From the NCBI GenBank assembly GCA_937892015.1, contig CALAUY010000049.1, forward strand, positions 1-44,754: DNA of 44,754 nt. Direction: 5' to 3'. Under the pieces are notes generated by a model. It ran no database searches. It had not been told where the DNA came from and saw only the letters and a program-made list of their open reading frames with translations. Shown here piece after piece: positions 26,618 to 34,014 of this stretch (positions are counted from its first letter, which is position 1; every line of letters starts with the position of its first letter). This stretch comes from an uncultured Bacteroidales bacterium. GTDB lineage: Bacteria; Bacteroidota; Bacteroidia; Bacteroidales; Paludibacteraceae. Position numbers and translations under genes: made by a program.

Positions 26618-27316
26618 TCAATTTAGCATGAAGCGTCCTTGCTTGATTCTCCTATACGTATTCTGCACTTTTCCCACATATCGCATCGTCTCACCGCCCT
26701 GAAAAGCCCCGTATCGCACCACGCTGTCGGTGTAATAGACCGAGTCGCTCAGCAGTGCAAGAAAAGGCTCTACCTCTTCCCACCGGTTGGGATTGGCCTC
26801 GTACTTACGGGCGAGCGCACGTGCATCCAATATATGTGCAGTGCCGGCGTTGTATGCCGCAAGCACAAATTTGGTTCGCTCCACGCTATCGCGTACATAC
26901 CGGAACTGGTGATTGAGTGTTGCAAGGCACTGCGCGCCGGCTTCTATATTGTCGCGAGGCTCAAACACTGTCGAGTCGTTCAGCCCGTACTTAGCAGCCG
27001 TCTTTGGCATCAGTTGCATCACGCCGCTCGCCCCATACTGCGACTGTGCAGTTGGCCTAAACCGACTCTCCGCATAACCGACCGCTGCCAGCAGCTCCCA
27101 GTCCCATCCTACTATCGGTGCATATTCCTTGAAATAGGCGGCATAAGGGATAGTCTCCTCCTCTTCCGCCACCTGCTCCTGCTGAACGGCAATCTCGTAA
27201 CCTTGTTGCGCTCCTCTACCTCCAAGCAAAACGAAGATCACCACGGCTCCTACCGTGGCGATGATATACGTCTTCCCTTTGCGGAACGACTTACGATATG
27301 TCCATGCACTGTTCAC
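26618..27316 (-). CDS. membrane-anchored lytic transglycosylase (SLT domain)
   Basis: N-terminal TM helix TYIIATVGAVVIFVLLGG. SLT motifs AESRFRPTAQSQYGASGVMQLMP and AAYNAG. The GTG start overlaps the udk stop (GTGA). Confidence 0.8.
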   Translation of the reverse strand: MNSAWTYRKSFRKGKTYIIATVGAVVIFVLLGGRGAQQGYEIAVQQEQVAEEEETIPYAAYFKEYAPIVGWDWELLAAVGYAESRFRPTAQSQYGASGVMQLMPKTAAKYGLNDSTVFEPRDNIEAGAQCLATLNHQFRYVRDSVERTKFVLAAYNAGTAHILDARALARKYEANPNRWEEVEPFLALLSDSVYYTDSVVRYGAFQGGETMRYVGKVQNTYRRIKQGRFMLN

Positions 27317-27930
27317 GAATGGTCGTTAATCTGTTGCTTGATGAACTTCGCCAGCATGTTGATGGCGGCTGTATTGCTACCGCCTTGCGGCACTATCACG
27401 TCCGCATAACGTTTGCAGGGTTCGATGAACTGCTCGTGCATCGGTTTTAGTACTTTCTGGTAGCGGTCAATCACCGCCTCTGTGGTACGACCGCGCTCTA
27501 CTATATCGCGCTTGATGACGCGTATCAGTCGGTCGTCTGCATCCGCATCCACGAAAATCTTCAGGTCCATCTGTGCCCGCAGTTTCTTATCCACCAACGC
27601 CAAGATTCCCTCTATCACCACCACCTCGCGGGGCTCCACGTGAATCGTCTCCTCTTGCCGCGTACAGGTCAAGTAGCTGTAGATGGGCTGCTCGATAGCT
27701 TTGCCCTCACGCAACTCTCGCAGATGACGCTCCAGCAACGGCCACTCAAACGCGTCCGGGTGGTCGAAATTGATGTTCTGACGCTCCTCTACCGGCACGT
27801 TCGACGAGTCCTTATAGTAGCTGTCTTGAGGGATAACAACCACTTCACCTTTCGGCAGACGCTCTGTCAGCTTCTTCACCACCGTTGTTTTACCCGAGCC
27901 GGTGCCACCCGCAATTCCGATTATGAACAT
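27313..27930 (-). CDS. udk: uridine kinase
   Basis: 205 aa. P-loop IGIAGGTGSGKTT, plus YYKD...NFDHPDAFE and KIFVDADADDRLIRVIKRDIVERGR, typical of Udk. Confidence 0.9.
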   Translation of the reverse strand: MFIIGIAGGTGSGKTTVVKKLTERLPKGEVVVIPQDSYYKDSSNVPVEERQNINFDHPDAFEWPLLERHLRELREGKAIEQPIYSYLTCTRQEETIHVEPREVVVIEGILALVDKKLRAQMDLKIFVDADADDRLIRVIKRDIVERGRTTEAVIDRYQKVLKPMHEQFIEPCKRYADVIVPQGGSNTAAINMLAKFIKQQINDHS

Positions 27931-27940
27931 GAAACTGTTT

Positions 27941-28079
27941 TACAAATTTACCACGCGAAGCAATCGTCCGAGCTTGCGAGGAAAGACATTTACAAATTTA
28001 CAAATTTACCACGCGAAGCGATCGTCCGAGCTTGCGAGGAAAGCACAGCGAAGCAGATCGTCCGAGCTTGCGAGGAAAG
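27941..28079. repeat. three copies of a ~31-36-bp intergenic repeat (core GCGAAGC[A/G/AG]ATCGTCCGAGCTTGCGAGGAAAG); a fourth copy is at 33552-33597
   Basis: Cores at 27955-27985, 28013-28043 and 28048-28079. Copies 1 and 2 are preceded by TACAAATTTACC, which on the - strand reads GGTAAATTTGTA and contains the -7 consensus TAAATTTG. The core can fold as CGAAGC-loop-GCTT(G)CG. Confidence 0.9.
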
Positions 28080-28112
28080 AAATTATTAATTATTCATTTG
28101 TCTGCACTCCTG

Positions 28113-29534
28113 TTACCGAGATTCGCTCAGTTCTGCATGCATGGCAGCTGCGGCTTTGCGACCGTCTGACATCGCAAGGATGACTGTGGCCCCACCGCGC
28201 ACGATATCGCCACCGGCAAACATCACTTTACTCTCTTTGGGGTCAGTGAACTGCGCACGCAGCGAGTCGTCCGTCACGATTGTACCTTTTCGGCTGATTT
28301 CCAGCCCCTGTACACTGTTCGGGATAATCGGATTAGGCGACACTCCGATTGCCACAATCACCTCATCCACATCCAGCGTTTCTATCTGTCCCTCAACAGG
28401 AACAGGACTACGCCTACCCGATGCGTCGGGCTCGCCCAACGTCATCACCTGAAGGCGCACTTGCGACACGCGACCTTTCTCGTCACCCACATACTCCACA
28501 GGGTTGTGTAGCGTCAAGAAACGTACGCCTTCCTGCTTGGCGTGCTCCACCTCCTCTATTCGCGCCGGCATCTCTTCCTCGCTACGACGATAAACGATAG
28601 TGGCCTCAGCACCTAATCGTCGTGCCGTACGGACAGAGTCCATCGCCGTGTTGCCACCACCTACAACCACAACCCGCTTGCCGCGCATCACCGGCGTGTC
28701 GTGACCCGACTCGGCAGCACCCATCAGGTTGACGCGCGTGAGGTACTCGTTGCTTGACATCACCCCGATGAGGTTCTCGCCCGGGATGTTCATAAAGCGA
28801 GGAAGACCTGCGCCGGATGCCACAAAAATACCCGCGAAACCATCGCTTACGAGGTCATCGATAGTGAGCGTCTTACCCACGATAGTATCCGTCATGAACG
28901 TCACGCCCAGTTTTCTCAGCCCGTCAATCTCCACGTCCACAATACGGTTGGGCAGACGGAACTCGGGGATGCCGTATTTGAGTACCCCGCCTATCTCGTG
29001 CAACGCCTCAAAGACCGTCACGTCGTAACCGAACTTGGCCATGTCGCCGGCAAATGCCAAGCCCGCCGGACCAGAACCAATGACGGCTATTTTCTTGCCG
29101 TTCTTGGGCGCAGACTTGGGCGGAACAATCTCGCCGTTCTCGCGCTCGTAGTCTGCCACGAAACGCTCCAAATAGCCGATTGCCACGGGCTTCTTCTGCA
29201 TCTTGTTGTATATACACTGCGCCTCGCACTGCTTCTCTTGCGGGCAAACACGACCGCACACGGCGGGTAGAGTCGATGACTCTTTGATGATGCCGATAGC
29301 TTCGGAGAAATGCTCCTCTTGGATTTGCGCAATAAAAGCGGGGATATGAATACCAACGGGACACCCCTGCATACAGCCCGGGTTCTTGCAGTTCAGGCAA
29401 CGCTGCGACTCGGTCACGGCCTGCTCTTTCGTGAGTCCTTGTGCCACTTCTTCCAAACGTGTCGTCACGCGATACTCCGGCGTCAACTCGTTCATCCGAA
29501 CGCGTTCAATCTGTGCTCTTTCTTTCGCTGTCAT
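28113..29534 (-). CDS. nfnB: NADPH-dependent glutamate synthase small-chain-like oxidoreductase (NfnB/SudA type; 2x[4Fe-4S] + FAD/NADPH)
   Basis: 473 aa. Cys clusters CLNCKNPGCMQGCP and CGRVCPQEKQCEAQC. Dinucleotide folds IAVIGSGPAGLAFA and VVVVGGGNTAMD. Pairs with the downstream ferredoxin-NADP-reductase-like subunit. Confidence 0.8.
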   Translation of the reverse strand: MTAKERAQIERVRMNELTPEYRVTTRLEEVAQGLTKEQAVTESQRCLNCKNPGCMQGCPVGIHIPAFIAQIQEEHFSEAIGIIKESSTLPAVCGRVCPQEKQCEAQCIYNKMQKKPVAIGYLERFVADYERENGEIVPPKSAPKNGKKIAVIGSGPAGLAFAGDMAKFGYDVTVFEALHEIGGVLKYGIPEFRLPNRIVDVEIDGLRKLGVTFMTDTIVGKTLTIDDLVSDGFAGIFVASGAGLPRFMNIPGENLIGVMSSNEYLTRVNLMGAAESGHDTPVMRGKRVVVVGGGNTAMDSVRTARRLGAEATIVYRRSEEEMPARIEEVEHAKQEGVRFLTLHNPVEYVGDEKGRVSQVRLQVMTLGEPDASGRRSPVPVEGQIETLDVDEVIVAIGVSPNPIIPNSVQGLEISRKGTIVTDDSLRAQFTDPKESKVMFAGGDIVRGGATVILAMSDGRKAAAAMHAELSESR

Positions 29535-29540
29535 AATGGG

Positions 29541-30362
29541 TCACATTGTTTTGTATTCGGCCATACGGGCCAGCTCCTCTTCACGATAAGCGCCACTCCG
29601 TTTCATCATCTCATCGAAATCTACTTGATGAGCATCAAACTCAGGGCCGTCAACGCACACAAAACGCGTAACACCGCCCACAGTGACGCGGCATGCACCG
29701 CACATGCCCGTTCCATCAACCATGATGGTGTTCAGACTGGCGTCAGTCGGAATATCGTATTTCTTGGTCGTGAGAGCCACGAACTTCATCATGATAGCCG
29801 GACCAATGGTCACACATTTATCCACTTTCTCGCGCTGAATGACGGCCTCCACGCCATGGGTGACCAGTCCTTTCTCTCCATACGAGCCATCGTCGGTCAT
29901 GATAACCAACTCATCGGAACAAGCGCGCAGTTGCTCTTCGAGGATGATAAGTTCTTTCGTGCGAGCAGCAAGCACCGTCACCACTCTATTGCCAGCCTCG
30001 CGCAGAGCCCTTGCGATGGGCAACATAGGTGCTGCACCCACTCCGCCACAAGCGCACACCACCGTCCCGAAAAGGCGGATATCCGTGGCCTTCCCCAATG
30101 GACCCACCACGTCTTCTAAATACTCGCCCGGCTCTTTGGCGCAAATCTTATGCGTTGAGACGCCCACTCGCTGAATGACCAGCGTGATTGTTCCGCGAGA
30201 TGTGTCGCTGTCGGCAATAGTGAGAGGGATACGTTCGCCCTGTGCATCCGCGCGCACAATGACGAAATGGCCGGCTCGGCGACTACGCGCTATCAGAGGT
30301 GCCTCCACGACCAACTCGAACACGTTCTCCGAGAACTGTTTTTTTTCTACTATCTTGTTCAC
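29541..30362 (-). CDS. nfnA: sulfide/dihydroorotate dehydrogenase-like FAD/NAD-binding subunit (NfnA/SudB type)
   Basis: N-terminus (M)NKIVEKKQFSENVFELVVEAPLIA. C-terminal [2Fe-2S]-type Cys motif GTGMCGACRV...FVCVDGPEF. The track start at 30368 is TTG; I prefer the GTG at 30362 by analogy with MNKI... homologues, but the start is uncertain. Confidence 0.75.
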   Translation of the reverse strand: MNKIVEKKQFSENVFELVVEAPLIARSRRAGHFVIVRADAQGERIPLTIADSDTSRGTITLVIQRVGVSTHKICAKEPGEYLEDVVGPLGKATDIRLFGTVVCACGGVGAAPMLPIARALREAGNRVVTVLAARTKELIILEEQLRACSDELVIMTDDGSYGEKGLVTHGVEAVIQREKVDKCVTIGPAIMMKFVALTTKKYDIPTDASLNTIMVDGTGMCGACRVTVGGVTRFVCVDGPEFDAHQVDFDEMMKRSGAYREEELARMAEYKTM

Positions 30363-30370
30363 AAGCAAAA

Positions 30371-30433
30371 CCTGAAACTTGAAACTTGAAACCTGAAACT
30401 TCGTACTTTAAACTTTAAACTTTAAACTCTAAA
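30371..30433. repeat. compound 7-8-bp microsatellite (CTGAAACTT/GAAACTT then CTTTAAA x3.5)
   Basis: Read directly: CCTGAAACTTGAAACTTGAAACCTGAAACTTCGTACTTTAAACTTTAAACTTTAAACTCTAAA. The 3' end overlaps the deoC stop codon (30429-30431). Confidence 0.9.
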
Positions 30434-31310
30434 AGTACTTCACTTCTTTGCCCTCGATAGATGAGAGCAGATTATTTGCGAGGCGACTTGCACCGATACG
30501 CATGCTGTGGTTGTCTAACCAATCCTCACCAAGAATCTGTTTGACCAGTGTGTAGTGCTTCACGGCATCTTCGGTTGTACTTACTCCACCCGCAGGTTTG
30601 AACAGCACTTTCTCGCCCGTCTTTTCGTGCCACTCCTTAATCATCTTGCACATGATGTACGTTGATTCGGGCGTGGCGGCAGTTGCAATCTTGCCCGTAG
30701 AGGACTTGATGTATCCTGCACCTGCTGCCATTGCGAGGATGCTCGCCTTGGCGATGTTCTCTGCCGTCTTCAGAGCTCCCACTTCGAGGATGACCTTGAA
30801 ATCGGCATCGCCCGCAGCGGCTTTCATCTCTTGAATCTCATCGAAGCAAGTCTGGTAGTCGCCTGCGAGGAACTTTCCCTGCGACAGCACCACATCGATG
30901 TCGGTTGCACCGGAAGCGACTGCCAGTGCCACCTCTGCCACCTTCACCTCAATGAACGTCTGCGAAGCGGGGAAACCTCCCGCAACGGACGTGATACCTA
31001 CTCCCTCTGCCGTCAGTAGCTCCTTGATTGTAGGAACAAGGGCCGGATAGGCACAGATGGTGGCCACGTTCTTCAGGTCGGGGAACTCGTCGGTGAAATC
31101 GTTCACTTTGGTGGTCATCTTTGCCAGTTTCTCGTCGGTATCATCGCCATTGAGGCTGGTCAGCTCAATCATGCTGAGTAGCCGTTCCCACACTTGGCGG
31201 TTGTTGTTCTCCGCATAGTGCGCAGCAATGATTTTCTCCACTTCTGTCTTCACCTCTTCATCGGTGAGTTGCGTGTTGTACAGCGCAAACAGTTGTTCAA
31301 ATTTATCCAT
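30429..31310 (-). CDS. deoC: deoxyribose-phosphate aldolase (long form)
   Basis: 293 aa. GATDIDVVLSQGKFLAGDY, KVILEVGAL and AGAGYIKSSTGK (Schiff-base Lys context) are typical of DeoC. Confidence 0.85.
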   Translation of the reverse strand: MDKFEQLFALYNTQLTDEEVKTEVEKIIAAHYAENNNRQVWERLLSMIELTSLNGDDTDEKLAKMTTKVNDFTDEFPDLKNVATICAYPALVPTIKELLTAEGVGITSVAGGFPASQTFIEVKVAEVALAVASGATDIDVVLSQGKFLAGDYQTCFDEIQEMKAAAGDADFKVILEVGALKTAENIAKASILAMAAGAGYIKSSTGKIATAATPESTYIMCKMIKEWHEKTGEKVLFKPAGGVSTTEDAVKHYTLVKQILGEDWLDNHSMRIGASRLANNLLSSIEGKEVKYF

Positions 31311-31320
31311 ATGATGTTGT

Positions 31321-31344
31321 TTTTCTATGTTTCTATGTTTCTAT
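31321..31344. repeat. 8-bp tandem repeat (T/G)TTTCTAT x3
   Basis: TTTTCTATGTTTCTATGTTTCTAT in the psd-deoC spacer. Its end abuts or overlaps the psd stop codon (31344-31346). Confidence 0.85.
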
Positions 31345-32048
31345 TATTCGTTGTTCTCCATCTCTGTTGGTACGCCGCCGAGTCGTGCAAGGATAGTCTC
31401 GTTGCCGCGGACCGTCTCGCCCAATCCGACGAACATCTCCGTGTCCAACGGCAGATAGATGTCCACTCGTGAGCCGAACTTGATGAATCCGAGATGCTCG
31501 TTGCGATGACAAGCACGTCCCTGTTTGGCGTACGTAACAACACGTCGAGCCATAGCGCCGGCGACTTGCCTAACCATCACGGACAAGCCCGACCGGGTCT
31601 TGATGACGACCATCGAGCGCTCGTTGTCTTTTGACGATTTAGGCAACCAGGCCGCCATGTGCCTACCATTCTGATGCTCCGAACGCAAGATAGTACCCTC
31701 GACCGGATACCAATTAGCATGTACGTTGAACGGACTCATGAATATACTGACCTGCAATCGTCGGTCGTGAAAATAATCGTCCTCGTCGGTAGGCTCTATC
31801 ACCACCACCTTGCCATCGCACGGCGAGATGATGAAGTCGGGGTCGTCAATCTCCAATATACGGATGGGGTTGCGGAAAAAATAGGTGACGAACACGAGCA
31901 GTGCAGCGGTAATCACCAGCGTCAAGGCAAACACCCAATGCGGTTGGCGCAAGTAGATGGGGATGTTGATGGCAAAGAGCAAGAAGCAGAGAAAGATGAT
32001 GATGTTCCTGCCCTCGCGGTGTATTTTCAGTCGTTTTCTTTTAGTCAC
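31344..32048 (-). CDS. psd: phosphatidylserine decarboxylase proenzyme (short Bacteroidota type)
   Basis: 234 aa. N-terminal KIHREG plus two TM helices, SPCDGKVVVIE, and the self-cleavage region FIKFGSRVDIYLP. GTG start with no in-frame ATG nearby. Confidence 0.85.
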   Translation of the reverse strand: MTKRKRLKIHREGRNIIIFLCFLLFAINIPIYLRQPHWVFALTLVITAALLVFVTYFFRNPIRILEIDDPDFIISPCDGKVVVIEPTDEDDYFHDRRLQVSIFMSPFNVHANWYPVEGTILRSEHQNGRHMAAWLPKSSKDNERSMVVIKTRSGLSVMVRQVAGAMARRVVTYAKQGRACHRNEHLGFIKFGSRVDIYLPLDTEMFVGLGETVRGNETILARLGGVPTEMENNE

Positions 32049-32099
32049 AGTTGTATGGTTTTTAGTGGGATGTTGTATTAGTCGTGTAAACCGTATGGA

Positions 32100-32534
32100 T
32101 TATTTCTCAAATTGGTCGAACGGTATCTTGGCAAGGGCGTCTGCCACTTGGTCGAGAGCCGTCTGCACTTTGTCGCCAATCATCATCTTGAACATCATGG
32201 GCAGATCCACTCGTACGGTCAGTTTGATGCGTGTGTCGTGCTCCGCCACTTGCTTCATCTGAATCCAACAATTGCCGTCCACCGGTGCGTTCTCTATCCC
32301 GTATTTGATGTAGTCATCGGTCTCTTTGTCCACGATGCGAATGCCTATTTTCTGGCCGAGCCCATCGACCTTGAATCGCAAGTAATCTTGCTCGAACTCC
32401 AAGTCACTGACCTTATCTTGCGGAATGAGGTCACGCATGCGCTGCAAGTTACGCATGTCGCTTCCGGCGCGAAAGATGGAGTCTATACTCGATGGATTGC
32501 TGACAATCTTGCTTTCGTATTTTACTTCTGCCAT
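32100..32534 (-). CDS. conserved hypothetical protein, 144 aa (possibly SRPBCC-like fold; not verified)
   Basis: Clean ATG ORF packed tightly between pyrE (1-bp gap) and psd, with coding-like composition. I recognise no motifs with confidence. Confidence 0.5.
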   Translation of the reverse strand: MAEVKYESKIVSNPSSIDSIFRAGSDMRNLQRMRDLIPQDKVSDLEFEQDYLRFKVDGLGQKIGIRIVDKETDDYIKYGIENAPVDGNCWIQMKQVAEHDTRIKLTVRVDLPMMFKMMIGDKVQTALDQVADALAKIPFDQFEK

Positions 32535-32535
32535 A

Positions 32536-33195
32536 TTAACGCTTTTTAGATGTTGCTTTTGTCTTTGCGGGTTTCCATTCGTTGGGGTTATCGTGCCATG
32601 TTTGGATGATGTCGGCTTCTTCTTTGCTTATTCGGCCCATCTCCAGTGCTTTGGAGATGATGTTCGAGTACGACGTGAGCGTATGGAAACGGAGATGCGT
32701 CTCGCGCAGCGCCCTGATGCTCTCGGCAAACTCATAGTCGAGGATGCTAATCAGTCCGAGCACATTGGCACTGCCCTCCGACAGCGCTTTCTCAGCAGAT
32801 GCGGAGTTGATGCCCAACGACAACTGGTCGGTGATAATCACCACTTTCTGGTGCACCTTCACATCGCCCTCTATCCGGTTCTCAAAACCGTGACTCTTGG
32901 GGTGCGTGCTTACATAGACCAGCGGCAAGTCGAGCGTCTCTGCCACCAACATACCCATGGCAATGGCGTTGGGCGCAACGGCCGCAATAACCTCCACGTC
33001 GGGATATTGCTCAACGATAAGTCGTGCCAGTTCCACCTTGATAACATTGCGAACTCGGTAACTGAGAATCTTGCGACTGTCGAAATAGACCGGCGACATC
33101 CAACCCGTATTCCACTCAAACGGATTCTTAGCTTGCAGTTTCACTGCTTTCAAATCGAGCAACTTCTGTGCAATAAAATCGTTCAATTCTTTCAT
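32536..33195 (-). CDS. pyrE: orotate phosphoribosyltransferase
   Basis: 219 aa. FEWNTGWMSPVYFDSRKILS matches the F.w.SG..SP.Y.D.R pattern. PRPP-binding loop VVIITDQLSLG. Confidence 0.9.
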   Translation of the reverse strand: MKELNDFIAQKLLDLKAVKLQAKNPFEWNTGWMSPVYFDSRKILSYRVRNVIKVELARLIVEQYPDVEVIAAVAPNAIAMGMLVAETLDLPLVYVSTHPKSHGFENRIEGDVKVHQKVVIITDQLSLGINSASAEKALSEGSANVLGLISILDYEFAESIRALRETHLRFHTLTSYSNIISKALEMGRISKEEADIIQTWHDNPNEWKPAKTKATSKKR

Positions 33196-33259
33196 GTTGC
33201 ATTGTGTGTTTTAGCATGTACGTTCGTTTGCATTCGTGCGCCAATACTCTGCGCGACTG

Positions 33260-33291
33260 CAAAGTTACTGCTTTTTTTTGATATGTGCAAA
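33260..33291 (-). promoter_or_regulatory. Bacteroidota-type promoter for pyrE (-33 TTTG / -7 TAACTTTG)
   Basis: The - strand reads TTTG-cacatatcaaaaaaaagcag-TAACTTTG, a 20-nt spacer. The -7 box lies about 65 bp upstream of the ATG at 33195. Confidence 0.5.
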
Positions 33292-33425
33292 TAAATCGGC
33301 TAAAAAAATATAAAATATTTTTCTTTTTTGGTTTTTTTGGCCATTTTGTGCTGTTTTATGCGAAAAAATCCGTGCCGTTTGTGTGCGTTTTTATGTTGAG
33401 GGGTTACGGAGAAGGTTGCAAGAGA

Positions 33426-33469
33426 GTACGGAGAAGGTACGGAGAAGGTACGGAGAAGGTACGGAGAAG
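33426..33469. repeat. 11-bp tandem repeat GTACGGAGAAG x4, with degenerate flanking copies
   Basis: Perfect copies at 33426-33436, 33437-33447, 33448-33458 and 33459-33469. Degenerate copies GTTACGGAGAAGGT (~33403-33416) and GTACAGAATGG (33470-33480). Confidence 0.95.
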
Positions 33470-33551
33470 GTACAGAATGGTCCTCACCATGTAGCGAAGA
33501 ATGTGCAATTTGTATATTAAGCCATGCGGATGGGTGGTTTTTTCGAACACG

Positions 33552-33597
33552 CACAGCGAAGCAGATCGTCCGAGCTTGCGAGGAAAGAATCGAACGA
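33552..33597. repeat. solitary copy of the 36-bp repeat seen at 28044-28079
   Basis: CACAGCGAAGCAGATCGTCCGAGCTTGCGAGGAAAGA is identical to copy 3 of the udk-nfnB spacer array, in the same orientation. Confidence 0.9.
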
Positions 33598-33605
33598 ATC
33601 ACAAT

Positions 33606-33670
33606 ATTAGTGACGATTGGACGAGTTACGAGTGGACGATTGATTTACGATTGAATTAATTGGACGATTG
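33606..33670. repeat. GGACGATTG-word repeat cluster (3 copies); inverted partner of 25429-25488
   Basis: GACGATTGG at 33612-33620, GGACGATTG at 33634-33642, TGGACGATTG at 33661-33670. Confidence 0.75.
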
Positions 33671-33803
33671 CGGCGCGGATGAGAGGATTTTTCGAACACG
33701 AATTATACGAATCGAACGAATAAAACAAAGGCGGCAGTTTCATACCCCTCCCCCGCAAGCGGGACCTCCCCTACCTTAGGGGAGGAGTTTGATTAGTATC
33801 GAA

Positions 33804-33930
33804 GCTAATGAGACTAATAGGACCAATGAGACTAATAGGACCAATGGGACTTATAGGACTAATGGGTCTAATGAGACTAATAGGGGGAAAGACGACTAAT
33901 GGGACTAATGGGTCTAATAGGACTAATGGG
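33804..33930. repeat. 9-bp periodic array, consensus ACTAATRGG, about 13 units with one interruption
   Basis: GCTAATGAG ACTAATAGG ACCAATGAG ACTAATAGG ACCAATGGG ACTTATAGG ACTAATGGG TCTAATGAG ACTAATAGG [GGGAAAGACG] ACTAATGGG ACTAATGGG TCTAATAGG ACTAATGGG. Confidence 0.9.
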
Positions 33931-34014
33931 ACCAAAGACAAATTTGTGCCCCCGTGTTCTTTGACGTATTGATAATTTTACCATTGTACAAAATTCAGCG
34001 TATAGGTCAAAAAT

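Noticed and set aside
27941-28079. Possible CRISPR array formed by the repeated ~36-bp units.
   Set aside because: There are only three copies, with irregular spacing (58 and 35 bp between starts). The 'spacers' are themselves duplicated flank sequence (TACAAATTTACC). No cas genes are in the window, and an identical solitary copy sits at 33552-33597. It behaves like a REP/MITE-type intergenic repeat.
28113-30362. The gltD-like gene plus its FAD/NAD-binding partner as something unusual.
   Set aside because: This two-gene pair (NfnAB/SudAB type) is a common, well-described module in anaerobes. Nothing atypical was seen apart from the uncertain start codon of the small subunit.
33285-33602. ORFs 33285..33494 (+) and 33300..33602 (-) in the long spacer as small proteins.
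   Set aside because: They are generated by poly-T/poly-A tracts and the 11-bp tandem repeat (YGEGTEKVRRRYGEG... periodic translation), have no start context, and overlap each other.
33804-33930. The 9-bp (3-codon) periodic array as a repeat-peptide coding sequence (ETNRTNETNRTNG...).
   Set aside because: The open frame is bounded by stops just upstream (TAG at ~33793) and downstream. It has no start codon or RBS-like context, and the other frames and strand are closed.
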